This document shows positions 9,066 through 17,215 of a stretch of 41,408 nt of DNA, in pieces. Origin of the DNA: Bacteroidales bacterium (GTDB lineage Bacteria > Bacteroidota > Bacteroidia > Bacteroidales > BM520). The notes under the pieces are model-generated. The model was not told where the DNA came from. It saw only the letters and a program-made list of their open reading frames with translations, and searched no databases. The translations under genes and the position numbers were made by a program. The stretch is from contig JAFYJP010000195.1 in NCBI GenBank assembly GCA_017538085.1, forward strand, positions 1 to 41,408, given 5' to 3'. Position 1 is the stretch's first letter. Each line of letters opens with the position of its first letter.

Positions 9066-10022
9066 TTACATCAGGCCACGTCCTGTCTTGCGAATTTCAC
9101 CTGATTCTGTAAGATCGGAAATCAGCTTATCAAGTACGCCATTTATAAAAATCTTACTTTTAGATGAGCTGAAAGCCTTTGACATTTCAATATATTCATT
9201 AATCGTAACTTTTACTGGAATCGACGGAAATTCGGTAAGTTCGGTAATAGCCATCTGCAGGATTATGACATCGGCCGTAGCGATTCTGTCCATTTCCCAG
9301 TTTATAATCTTACCTTTTATTAGTTCCAACGTATGTTCCCTGATTTTAATTGTGTTACACAAAAGTTCACGCGCAAAGACCTTATCTTCCTCATACTGAG
9401 TGGATTCCTTCTGCATCATGGAATTTTCTATCTTTGCATCGGTTCCAAAATTAGGCGTAAGGTTGTCAAAAAACTTCATCAAAGTGAACTGTGAAAGGAA
9501 GAAGTCGGTGTACCAGTAAATATTTTTTGTTTCATATAAATCAATGAGAAAATCGTCTTCGAAGATAAAATTCTGAAAAATGTCAACGACGAATTTTTTG
9601 TCATCAGCGTAATTATCGGATGAGGCAAGATAAGCGGCATAATCCTCTGAAGACTTGATGGCGTTGAAGATACGGCGAATAGCCTCCCCGTGTTCCAGCC
9701 ATGAAACGTGGAAATCATCAAGCAGCTGCTTATAGTTTCTGTTATCATTCAGCTGAAGGATGACGCGGTTATTCAGGAAACGGAGGTTGGGATTGAGGTC
9801 TTCTTCCGTAGGCATAAACTTGTTCTTGGCATCTTCCATACGTCTTTCGGCATGATAATGGAGTTCTGTAAGAAGGGAGAGCTGCCATATCATGAGCTCG
9901 AATGTTGCATTGATGCACTTGTTAAGCTCTTTTTCAGCAACCGCCACATTGGTTTCGCCGGAGCAGAAATATGCGTACAAACATTGAAAAACTTTTATTC
10001 TGAGTTGTCTCCTGTTAAGCAT
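9066..10022 (-). CDS. nusB: Transcription antitermination factor NusB (long Bacteroidota form)
   Basis: MLNRRQLRIKVFQ start, NWEMDRIA..D, IPVKVTINEYIEMSK, FINGVLDK. Confidence 0.93.
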   Translation of the reverse strand: MLNRRQLRIKVFQCLYAYFCSGETNVAVAEKELNKCINATFELMIWQLSLLTELHYHAERRMEDAKNKFMPTEEDLNPNLRFLNNRVILQLNDNRNYKQLLDDFHVSWLEHGEAIRRIFNAIKSSEDYAAYLASSDNYADDKKFVVDIFQNFIFEDDFLIDLYETKNIYWYTDFFLSQFTLMKFFDNLTPNFGTDAKIENSMMQKESTQYEEDKVFARELLCNTIKIREHTLELIKGKIINWEMDRIATADVIILQMAITELTEFPSIPVKVTINEYIEMSKAFSSSKSKIFINGVLDKLISDLTESGEIRKTGRGLM

Positions 10023-10046
10023 AAAGTTTCAAAATTTTATATTTGG

Positions 10047-10054
10047 CAAAAGTA
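10047..10054 (-). promoter_or_regulatory. -7 promoter element for the nusB operon
   Basis: The reverse complement reads TACTTTTG(C). Confidence 0.6.
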
Positions 10055-10096
10055 CAACTTTTTTTCTTTTTTTTTTGTTATTAAATCGAAGTATTA

Positions 10097-10104
10097 TATT
10101 TTTG
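10097..10104 (+). promoter_or_regulatory. -7 promoter element for DUF3276 (divergent from nusB)
   Basis: TATTTTTG(C), 26 nt upstream of the ATG at 10131. Confidence 0.6.
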
Positions 10105-10130
10105 CAGTTGAATATAAACTTTATATATGT

Positions 10131-10496
10131 ATGGATAATTTTGATAAGTATGACAAGAGGGATAGTGCCGACAGAGAAGAGGTGTTGTCCATTCCGGTAC
10201 GTGCCGGCAAAAGAACTTATTTCTTTGACGTAAAGGCCACACGTTCCAATGAGTTTTACCTGACGATAACAGAAAGCAAGAAACATTTCAACAATGATGA
10301 CGGACGTGTGTCATACGAAAAGCACAAGATCTTTCTTTACAAGGAAGATTTTGAGAAATTCTCTAATGCTCTATCCGACAGCATAACATTCATGGAGACA
10401 GGAGAGAAGCCGGATATGAGCCGTTACGCGCCCAACAGAGAGTACCAAGACTTCAGCCAAGATGTGAATTTTGATGATTTAGGCAACGACTATTAA
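10131..10496 (+). CDS. DUF3276 / PUR-like nucleic-acid-binding protein
   Basis: VRAGKRTYFFDVKATR..YLTITESKK...YEKHKIFLYKEDF signature. The real start is the ATG at 10131, not 9708. Confidence 0.9.
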   Translation: MDNFDKYDKRDSADREEVLSIPVRAGKRTYFFDVKATRSNEFYLTITESKKHFNNDDGRVSYEKHKIFLYKEDFEKFSNALSDSITFMETGEKPDMSRYAPNREYQDFSQDVNFDDLGNDY

Positions 10497-10527
10497 ACAT
10501 AATTTCAACATAATCAATAGAATACAT

Positions 10528-10552
10528 TAGAGACAGGCAAAACCTGTCTCTA
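10528..10552. repeat. Perfect 10-bp inverted repeat (hairpin) between DUF3276 and parA
   Basis: TAGAGACAGG-caaaa-CCTGTCTCTA, with no adjacent clean T-tract. Confidence 0.7.
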
Positions 10553-10567
10553 CGTGTTTATTTAAAT

Positions 10568-11365
10568 ATGGCAAAGATAATAGCAGTATCAAATCAAAAA
10601 GGAGGTGTCGGCAAGACCACCACAGTTCTCAATCTTGGGAGCAGCCTTGCCGTCCTTGAATACAAGACACTTGTAATTGACGCCGACCCACAAGCCAATG
10701 CCACCACAGGATTAGGGCTGGATGCACGAACCATTACCAAAAGCATCTATGAATGTATAATTGAGGACATTCAGCCTCAGGACGCCATAGTCCATACTGA
10801 AATACCTCTTTTCGACATCATACCTGCCCATATCGACCTGGTGGGCGCTGAAATAGAACTCATTGACCTTGAGGACAGAGAATTTAAGATGAAAAAAGTC
10901 ATAAGCAAAATCAAAGACCAATACGATTTCATCCTCATCGACTGTTCACCTTCACTAGGGCTTATCACCGTCAATGCACTCACCGCCGCCGACTCGGTTA
11001 TAATCCCAGTCCAGTCGGAATTCTATGCTCTCGAAGGTCTCGGAAAACTCCTCAACACAATAAAAATCATTCAAAACCGTTTAAACAGAGACCTTACCAT
11101 TGAAGGCATACTCGTTACCATGTACGACAAACGCGAACTCCTTCGACGCAACGTGCTTGAAGAACTGAAGACGCACTTCAAGGATATTGTCTTCAGCACC
11201 ATCATCAACAGAAACACCAAACTGGGCGAGGCTCCGAGTTTCGGAAAACCTGTCATCCTGCACGACGCAAACAGCACAGGCGCAATAAATTATCTGAACC
11301 TCGCAAGAGAAATTCTGAAGAAGAACAACATGCTGAGAGATGCAGAGGAAGAAAGTAAAAAGTAA
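10568..11365 (+). CDS. parA: Chromosome partitioning ATPase ParA/Soj
   Basis: NQKGGVGKTT deviant Walker A, DADPQANAT, IDCSPSLG, IPVQSEFYALEG, EAPSFG. Confidence 0.95.
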   Translation: MAKIIAVSNQKGGVGKTTTVLNLGSSLAVLEYKTLVIDADPQANATTGLGLDARTITKSIYECIIEDIQPQDAIVHTEIPLFDIIPAHIDLVGAEIELIDLEDREFKMKKVISKIKDQYDFILIDCSPSLGLITVNALTAADSVIIPVQSEFYALEGLGKLLNTIKIIQNRLNRDLTIEGILVTMYDKRELLRRNVLEELKTHFKDIVFSTIINRNTKLGEAPSFGKPVILHDANSTGAINYLNLAREILKKNNMLRDAEEESKK

Positions 11366-11379
11366 AAGACTATAGAAAA

Positions 11380-12249
11380 ATGAGCAAACAGAAGAAGGCA
11401 TTAGGCAGAGGATTGGACTCAATTCTGGAACGTGAAAGCTATGAAGGCAACGACTACCTTGCGACCAATAACATTTCCGACATACCGGTAGCACAAATAG
11501 ATACAAACCCATACCAGCCCCGTAACGAATTCGAGGAAACAGCATTGCAAGAACTTGCAGAATCAATCAAGGAACATGGACTGATACAACCCGTCACCGT
11601 CCGCAAAACCGACAGCGGCAAATACCAGCTCATCTCCGGAGGAAGACGTCTCAAGGCTTCCCAGATGCTCAATTTGGAGACAATTCCGGCATACATCCGC
11701 AGCGCAAACGATGAGGAAATGCTCGAAATGGCTTTGGTAGAAAACATTCACAGGAGAAACCTCAACCCGATGGAGATAGCATTCAGCTACCAACGCCTGA
11801 TTGACGAATGCAGTCTGACCCAGGAAGAGGTCAGCAAAAAAGTCAGCATGGACCGCTCCACCATTTCCAATTTCCTGAGACTTCTGAAACTTCCGGAAAT
11901 AGTACAATGCGCTCTGAAAGAAGGCAAAATCTCAATGGGGCACGCCAAATGCCTGCTCTCAACCGACGATGAGACGAAAATGGTTGATCTGCTTCGTACC
12001 ATCCTAGAGAAAAACCTCTCAGTAAGAGAAACCGAACACCTCGTCTCAAACAACAAGTCAAAAAACGCAAAAAAATCCACAAAATCACCACAAGTGCTGC
12101 CAGTGAGAATGGCCAACTTCCGCCAGAACTTCGAAGAAAGGACAGGACTAAGTCCTAAAATACAACTGGGCAAGAACGGCAAAGGCGTCATCACCATTCC
12201 TTTCAATTCCAAGAACAATCTTGACGAGTTTTTCAAAATGTTCGAATAA
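11380..12249 (+). CDS. parB: Chromosome partitioning protein ParB/Spo0J
   Basis: ALGRGL N-terminus, NPYQPR, SIKEHGLIQP, HTH (LTQEEVSKKVSMDRSTISNFLRLL), ISMGHA. The CTP motifs are variant (see findings). Confidence 0.93.
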   Translation: MSKQKKALGRGLDSILERESYEGNDYLATNNISDIPVAQIDTNPYQPRNEFEETALQELAESIKEHGLIQPVTVRKTDSGKYQLISGGRRLKASQMLNLETIPAYIRSANDEEMLEMALVENIHRRNLNPMEIAFSYQRLIDECSLTQEEVSKKVSMDRSTISNFLRLLKLPEIVQCALKEGKISMGHAKCLLSTDDETKMVDLLRTILEKNLSVRETEHLVSNNKSKNAKKSTKSPQVLPVRMANFRQNFEERTGLSPKIQLGKNGKGVITIPFNSKNNLDEFFKMFE

Positions 12250-12255
12250 TCCTCC

Positions 12256-12903
12256 ATGGCATTGCACCGATACATAACATTCATATTAATCTCATTCGCT
12301 GCCCTGTCAAGTATTAATGCCCAGGAAGTCAATGGCAATCCATACGACACATCAACCGTCATCACTAATGACACTATTATAGACAACACCAAAATATCCG
12401 GCAATATTTCAGTTGCAGATTCAGTACAGAAAGAAACACACTCACCGAAAAGAGCCGGCATCTATTCTGCCATACTTCCCGGATTGGGTCAGGGATACAA
12501 CCACAAATATTGGAAAATACCTATAATATGGACTGGTTTCGCCGCAACCGGATATCTTATTTACTACAATGCCGTTCCCATGCAGAAGGCATATAACGCC
12601 TACATCTGGATTGACCAAGGCTCCATAGGGGATCCCCCCAACGAATACGCCACACAATACCCTTCTCTCACCAAACTCGAAAGTCTTTACAACCAATACC
12701 GCCACAATGTGGAACTATTTGGACTGGTATCCGCGGCATGGTATGTTCTCAACATAATCGATGCAATCGTAGATGCACATCTCATGGATTTCGACATCAG
12801 TGACGACTTGTCATTAAACATATCCCCCGAGTTCACTCCGATTACAATAAGCGGAATCCCACAGAACTACTATTCGGGAATCACAATGCATATACACTTC
12901 TAA
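12256..12903 (+). CDS. DUF5683 domain protein
   Basis: SPKRA..YSAILPGLGQGYN.KYWKIPII and LNIIDAIVDAHL.DFDISDDL; usual position after parB. Confidence 0.85.
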   Translation: MALHRYITFILISFAALSSINAQEVNGNPYDTSTVITNDTIIDNTKISGNISVADSVQKETHSPKRAGIYSAILPGLGQGYNHKYWKIPIIWTGFAATGYLIYYNAVPMQKAYNAYIWIDQGSIGDPPNEYATQYPSLTKLESLYNQYRHNVELFGLVSAAWYVLNIIDAIVDAHLMDFDISDDLSLNISPEFTPITISGIPQNYYSGITMHIHF

Positions 12904-12921
12904 CAATAAAATAATTAACGC

Positions 12922-13635
12922 ATGAAATATATTTTGATGGGCTACGGAAAAATGGGCAAAACCATTGAAAAGACGCTCAAGACAGAGGAAAATCAGCTCA
13001 TTGCAACCATTGACAATCCTGACGAGCTTACCGAGAAAGAAGATTGTCTTGACGATGCGGATGTGGCTTTCGAATTTTCCACTCCCGAATCAGCATACGA
13101 CAACATACTTGCCTGCTTCAAGCACAACCTTCCGGTAGTATGCGGGACAACAGGCTGGACTGACAGGCTTCCTGAAATCGAAACAGTCTGCCTAAATGAA
13201 GGCAAAACCCTGATGTATGCCCCAAATTACTCCATTGGCATCAATATTTTCATTGCCCTCAACAACCAAATTGCCGATATCATCTCCAACCTTAACATGT
13301 ACAGTATATCCATGTCTGAAACCCATCATGTCCATAAGAAAGATGCACCAAGCGGCACTGCACTGCAAATCAAGAATCAGATTCTCCAGCATTTGTCAAA
13401 CAGCAGCATGAAAGACACCGACATACCTATTTTAAGCATAAGAGAAGGTGAAGTGACAGGCATTCATGAAGTAAAGTACACTTCTGATTTAGACACCATC
13501 GAGCTCAAGCATACCGCAAAGACGAGAGATGCCTTTGCATACGGCGCGATTCTTGCCGCAAAATGGATAAAAGATAAAAAAGGCTGCTTCAAAATGCAGG
13601 ATATTATAAAATCTTTATATCTTTGTAAGTTTTAA
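12922..13635 (+). CDS. dapB: 4-hydroxy-tetrahydrodipicolinate reductase
   Basis: GYGKMG, EFSTP, VCGTTGW, ETHHVHKKDAPSGTA. Confidence 0.95.
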   Translation: MKYILMGYGKMGKTIEKTLKTEENQLIATIDNPDELTEKEDCLDDADVAFEFSTPESAYDNILACFKHNLPVVCGTTGWTDRLPEIETVCLNEGKTLMYAPNYSIGINIFIALNNQIADIISNLNMYSISMSETHHVHKKDAPSGTALQIKNQILQHLSNSSMKDTDIPILSIREGEVTGIHEVKYTSDLDTIELKHTAKTRDAFAYGAILAAKWIKDKKGCFKMQDIIKSLYLCKF

Positions 13636-13652
13636 ATTTATTGAAATCAAAC

Positions 13653-15179
13653 ATGGACAGTGTTATATTATCAGGATTGATTGTAAAATGGTTTATGCCA
13701 ATATTCGCATTCAAGATTTTTGAGAATGCGGGATACAAATGGTGGCATACACTTATACCTATATACAATTACTACGTATGGATAAAAATAGTAGGAAAGC
13801 CGTGGTGGTGGCTTATAATAGCAGCAATACCATTCATAGGTTATTTCATCATGTTCCTGCTGCTTGTCGAAACCGCCAAGGCTCATGACAAACACTCATT
13901 GTGGCAAGAGGCACTGGCAGCCATTGTACCTTTTGTCTATCTGCCTTACCTCGGTTATAAAGCCACATATTATCCGCCTGACAAACGGCCGGAATTTAAG
14001 AAGAGTTCTCTTCGCGAATGGGTTGATGCGATAATTTTCGCCGTTGTCGGTGTGGGTATTCTAAGGATGTTTATGTTTGAAGCCTACACCATTCCTTCAT
14101 CTTCCATGGAAAAGACTCTGCTGGTGGGTGACTATCTGTTTGTCAACAAGATGACATACGGTTCAAGAAGGCCGATGACACCTTTATCCGTGCCTTTCAT
14201 CCATAACACTCTTCCTCTCAGCAAGCGCAATTCATATTGCGACAAGGTACAGCTCAAATACTACCGCTATCCTGCCCTGAAAAAATTGAAGAACTACTCG
14301 CCCATAGTTTTCAACTACCCGGAAGGAGATACCGTATGCACGGCGTTCCAGAGCAATGCAAGCTATTATTCGCTTGTACGCAACTATGGAAGAAGAAATG
14401 TAATCACAAGGAAGGACATGTTCGGTGACATAATTTACCGCCCCGTCGATAAAAGGGAAAACTACATAAAACGCTGCATCGCCATTCCTGGTGACACCAT
14501 GCAAGTCATTGACGGATACGCATATATCAACGGCATAAAGGAAAATCATAAGGGAAAACTACAGTTCACCTACACTGTCAAAACCAATGGCAGCCAATTT
14601 AGACCGGCAATACTCAAGGATGAGCTCAAAATCACTGAAAAATACGCCTTCAACGCAGCCGACAGCACTTATAACCTTACCCTTACCGATGAAGCAGTTG
14701 AAATTCTGAAAAAGAATCCTTCAGTTATCTCCATCACCAAAAACATTCAGCGCAAAGAAGACTATTTTGCTGAGAATTGCAAAATGTATCTGTTCCCGTA
14801 TGATACCGCATATCAGTGGACTGTAGATAATTACGGGCCTTTGTACATTCCAAGGAAAGGCGACACATTGCACCTGACCTTAAAAAATATCTGTTTGTAT
14901 GAAAGACTTATTGACGTTTATGAAGACAATGACATTGAAGTCAGAAATGGCAATATTTACATAAACAACGAACAGACAGACACCTACGTCACAAAAATGG
15001 ACTATTATTGGATGATGGGCGACAATCGTCACAATTCAGCAGACTCCCGTTTCTGGGGTTTCGTCCCCGAAGACCATATCGTGGGTAAACCCGCCTTCGT
15101 ATGGATGTCCATTGACAAAGAGAAAGGACTCTTCAACGGAAAAATCAGATGGAACAAAATGTTCAGAACTATACATTAA
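13653..15179 (+). CDS. lepB: Signal peptidase I (with N-terminal DUF5684-like membrane domain)
   Basis: IPSSSMEKTLLVGD (catalytic Ser), YIKRC (Lys), MGDNRHNSADSRFWGFVP. A TATCTTTG -7 element lies at 13618-13625. The ATG at 13653 is preferred over the TTG at 13641. Confidence 0.93.
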   Translation: MDSVILSGLIVKWFMPIFAFKIFENAGYKWWHTLIPIYNYYVWIKIVGKPWWWLIIAAIPFIGYFIMFLLLVETAKAHDKHSLWQEALAAIVPFVYLPYLGYKATYYPPDKRPEFKKSSLREWVDAIIFAVVGVGILRMFMFEAYTIPSSSMEKTLLVGDYLFVNKMTYGSRRPMTPLSVPFIHNTLPLSKRNSYCDKVQLKYYRYPALKKLKNYSPIVFNYPEGDTVCTAFQSNASYYSLVRNYGRRNVITRKDMFGDIIYRPVDKRENYIKRCIAIPGDTMQVIDGYAYINGIKENHKGKLQFTYTVKTNGSQFRPAILKDELKITEKYAFNAADSTYNLTLTDEAVEILKKNPSVISITKNIQRKEDYFAENCKMYLFPYDTAYQWTVDNYGPLYIPRKGDTLHLTLKNICLYERLIDVYEDNDIEVRNGNIYINNEQTDTYVTKMDYYWMMGDNRHNSADSRFWGFVPEDHIVGKPAFVWMSIDKEKGLFNGKIRWNKMFRTIH

Positions 15180-15203
15180 TTTACAAACAACATTTTCATA
15201 GAC

Positions 15204-17183
15204 ATGGCAGAACAAAAACAGCAACTTACAGAAGAACAACTTAAATTCCTGAAACTGTTATCCGACAAGTTTCCCACAATACAGGCAGCTTGTACAGAAA
15301 TAATCAATCTGGAATCAATTCTCAACCTACCTAAGGGAACCGAGCATTTCTTGACCGATATTCACGGAGAATACGACACATTCAGCCATATTCTCAGAAA
15401 CGCATCAGGAATGGTAAGGAAAAAAATAGACGATGTTTTCGGCAATACCATCAGTGAGAAGTCTAAACGCCAACTGGCGACCTTGATTTATTATCCTGAG
15501 CAAAAACTTGAGATAATAATGAAAACCGTTGATGATTTGGAGAACTGGTATTCAGTAACTTTACGCCGTCTTGTTGACGTATCACGCGCCGCTGCCGACA
15601 AATACACAAGGTCGAAGGTCCGTAAGGCCATGCCTAAGGATTATGCGTATATCATTGACGAGCTTCTTAACGAAAATCCATCCAAGAAAGAGCCATACTA
15701 TGACAAGATTATACAGACCATAATTGACATAGGCCGCGCAAATCACTTTATCATTGCCATCAGCTATTTCATCCAGCGTCTGCTCATCGACAAACTGCAT
15801 ATCATAGGAGACATCTATGACAGAGGGCCTTATCCCGACAAGGTGATGGACAAGCTCATGGAGTTCCATGATGTTGACATCCAGTGGGGCAACCACGATA
15901 TCCTATGGATGGGCGCCGCATCAGGCATAAAGGCTTGTATTGCGACAGTAGTCAGGATATCAACAAGATATGACAACCTTGACACTCTCGAAGATGTCTA
16001 TGGTATCAATATGCTTCCTCTCGCAACCTTCGCCATGAAATATTACGGCAACGACCCATGTACCGTATTTACCCCTAAGACATCGGGACCGGTGGACAAC
16101 TACGATTCCTCAAACATCCATCTCGTAGGCATGATGCACAAGGCCATTTCCATTATACAATTCAAAATCGAAGGTCAGATTATCAAAAGAAATCCCGACT
16201 TCAAGATGGAAAGCCGACTGCTGCTTGATAAAATCAACTTCGAGAAAGGAACTGTCATGATTGGTGACAAGGAATACCCGTTGCTTGACACGAATTTCCC
16301 GACAATTGACCCCAAAAACCCATACCAGCTTTCACCTGAGGAAGATGAACTCATGGAAAAACTGAAGTTCTCGTTCCTCAACAGCCAGTCCTTGCAGCGT
16401 CATATCAAATTCTTCTTCTCATCAGGCAGCCTATATCTCAAATGCAATGGCAACCTGCTGTTCCACGGCTGCATACCTCTCAATGAAGACGGTTCGTTCA
16501 GAGAGACTGAGCTCGACAACGTAAAATATAAAGGCATGAGCCTTTGCGACAAATTCGAGACTATGACCCGTGCAGCATACATCAACAGATGGTCGCTCGA
16601 TGACAACTCCAAGGAATTCGCCTACGTATGGTATATGTGGTGCGGTCCGGATTCACCACTGTTCGGTAAAGACCAGATGACCACATTTGAAAGATATTTC
16701 ATCGAAGACAAGGCCACTCACAAGGAGCACCTTGACCCGTTCTACACTTTCCGCAATGACAAGGACATCTGCATAAATATCCTCAAGGAATTTGGCCTGC
16801 CGGTTGAAAACTCACATATTATCACGGGTCACGTACCTGTTAAAGTTATTAAGGGTGAAAGTCCTATCAAAGCCGACGGAATGCTTCTTGTAATAGACGG
16901 AGGCATGTCGAAACCTTACCAGAAAGAAACCGGTATTGCAGGATTCACGCTGATGTACGACTCCTACAAACTGACCGTTATCGAACACCATCCTTTCGTC
17001 TCACCGCAAAAGGCCATAGAAGAGGAACTCGACATCAAATCCACAAGGGCTCTCGTCGCTCAAAGCGCTTACAGAATAAAAGTCGGAGACACCGACAAAG
17101 GTATAGAATTAAAACAACAAATCAAAGACCTTAAAATGCTGCTTGAAGCCTACAAGTCAGGAGAAGTCATCGTTAAAGGTTAA
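15204..17183 (+). CDS. fbp: Fructose-1,6-bisphosphatase class 3
   Basis: ILNLPKGTEHFLTDIHGE, GDIYDRG, QWGNHD, SPLFGK..M.TFERYF, GHVPVK, IDGG; 659 aa. Confidence 0.93.
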   Translation: MAEQKQQLTEEQLKFLKLLSDKFPTIQAACTEIINLESILNLPKGTEHFLTDIHGEYDTFSHILRNASGMVRKKIDDVFGNTISEKSKRQLATLIYYPEQKLEIIMKTVDDLENWYSVTLRRLVDVSRAAADKYTRSKVRKAMPKDYAYIIDELLNENPSKKEPYYDKIIQTIIDIGRANHFIIAISYFIQRLLIDKLHIIGDIYDRGPYPDKVMDKLMEFHDVDIQWGNHDILWMGAASGIKACIATVVRISTRYDNLDTLEDVYGINMLPLATFAMKYYGNDPCTVFTPKTSGPVDNYDSSNIHLVGMMHKAISIIQFKIEGQIIKRNPDFKMESRLLLDKINFEKGTVMIGDKEYPLLDTNFPTIDPKNPYQLSPEEDELMEKLKFSFLNSQSLQRHIKFFFSSGSLYLKCNGNLLFHGCIPLNEDGSFRETELDNVKYKGMSLCDKFETMTRAAYINRWSLDDNSKEFAYVWYMWCGPDSPLFGKDQMTTFERYFIEDKATHKEHLDPFYTFRNDKDICINILKEFGLPVENSHIITGHVPVKVIKGESPIKADGMLLVIDGGMSKPYQKETGIAGFTLMYDSYKLTVIEHHPFVSPQKAIEEELDIKSTRALVAQSAYRIKVGDTDKGIELKQQIKDLKMLLEAYKSGEVIVKG

Positions 17184-17215
17184 TTGAACTGATTATTAAT
17201 CCCAAATATAACATC

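Noticed and set aside
9708-10130. Long N-terminal extension of the DUF3276 ORF
   Set aside because: It overlaps nusB antisense and the divergent promoter region; the family signature starts at 10131.
10497-12260. parS site near parAB
   Set aside because: By eye I found no TGTT(T/C)CACGTG(A/G)AACA-like palindrome; a motif scan allowing mismatches would be needed to exclude it fully.
11787-12461. Longer antisense or alternate-frame ORFs (e.g. 11787-12461, 8758-9399, 31105-31542, 39684-40103)
   Set aside because: They are shadows of well-supported genes on the opposite strand and show no recognisable motifs.
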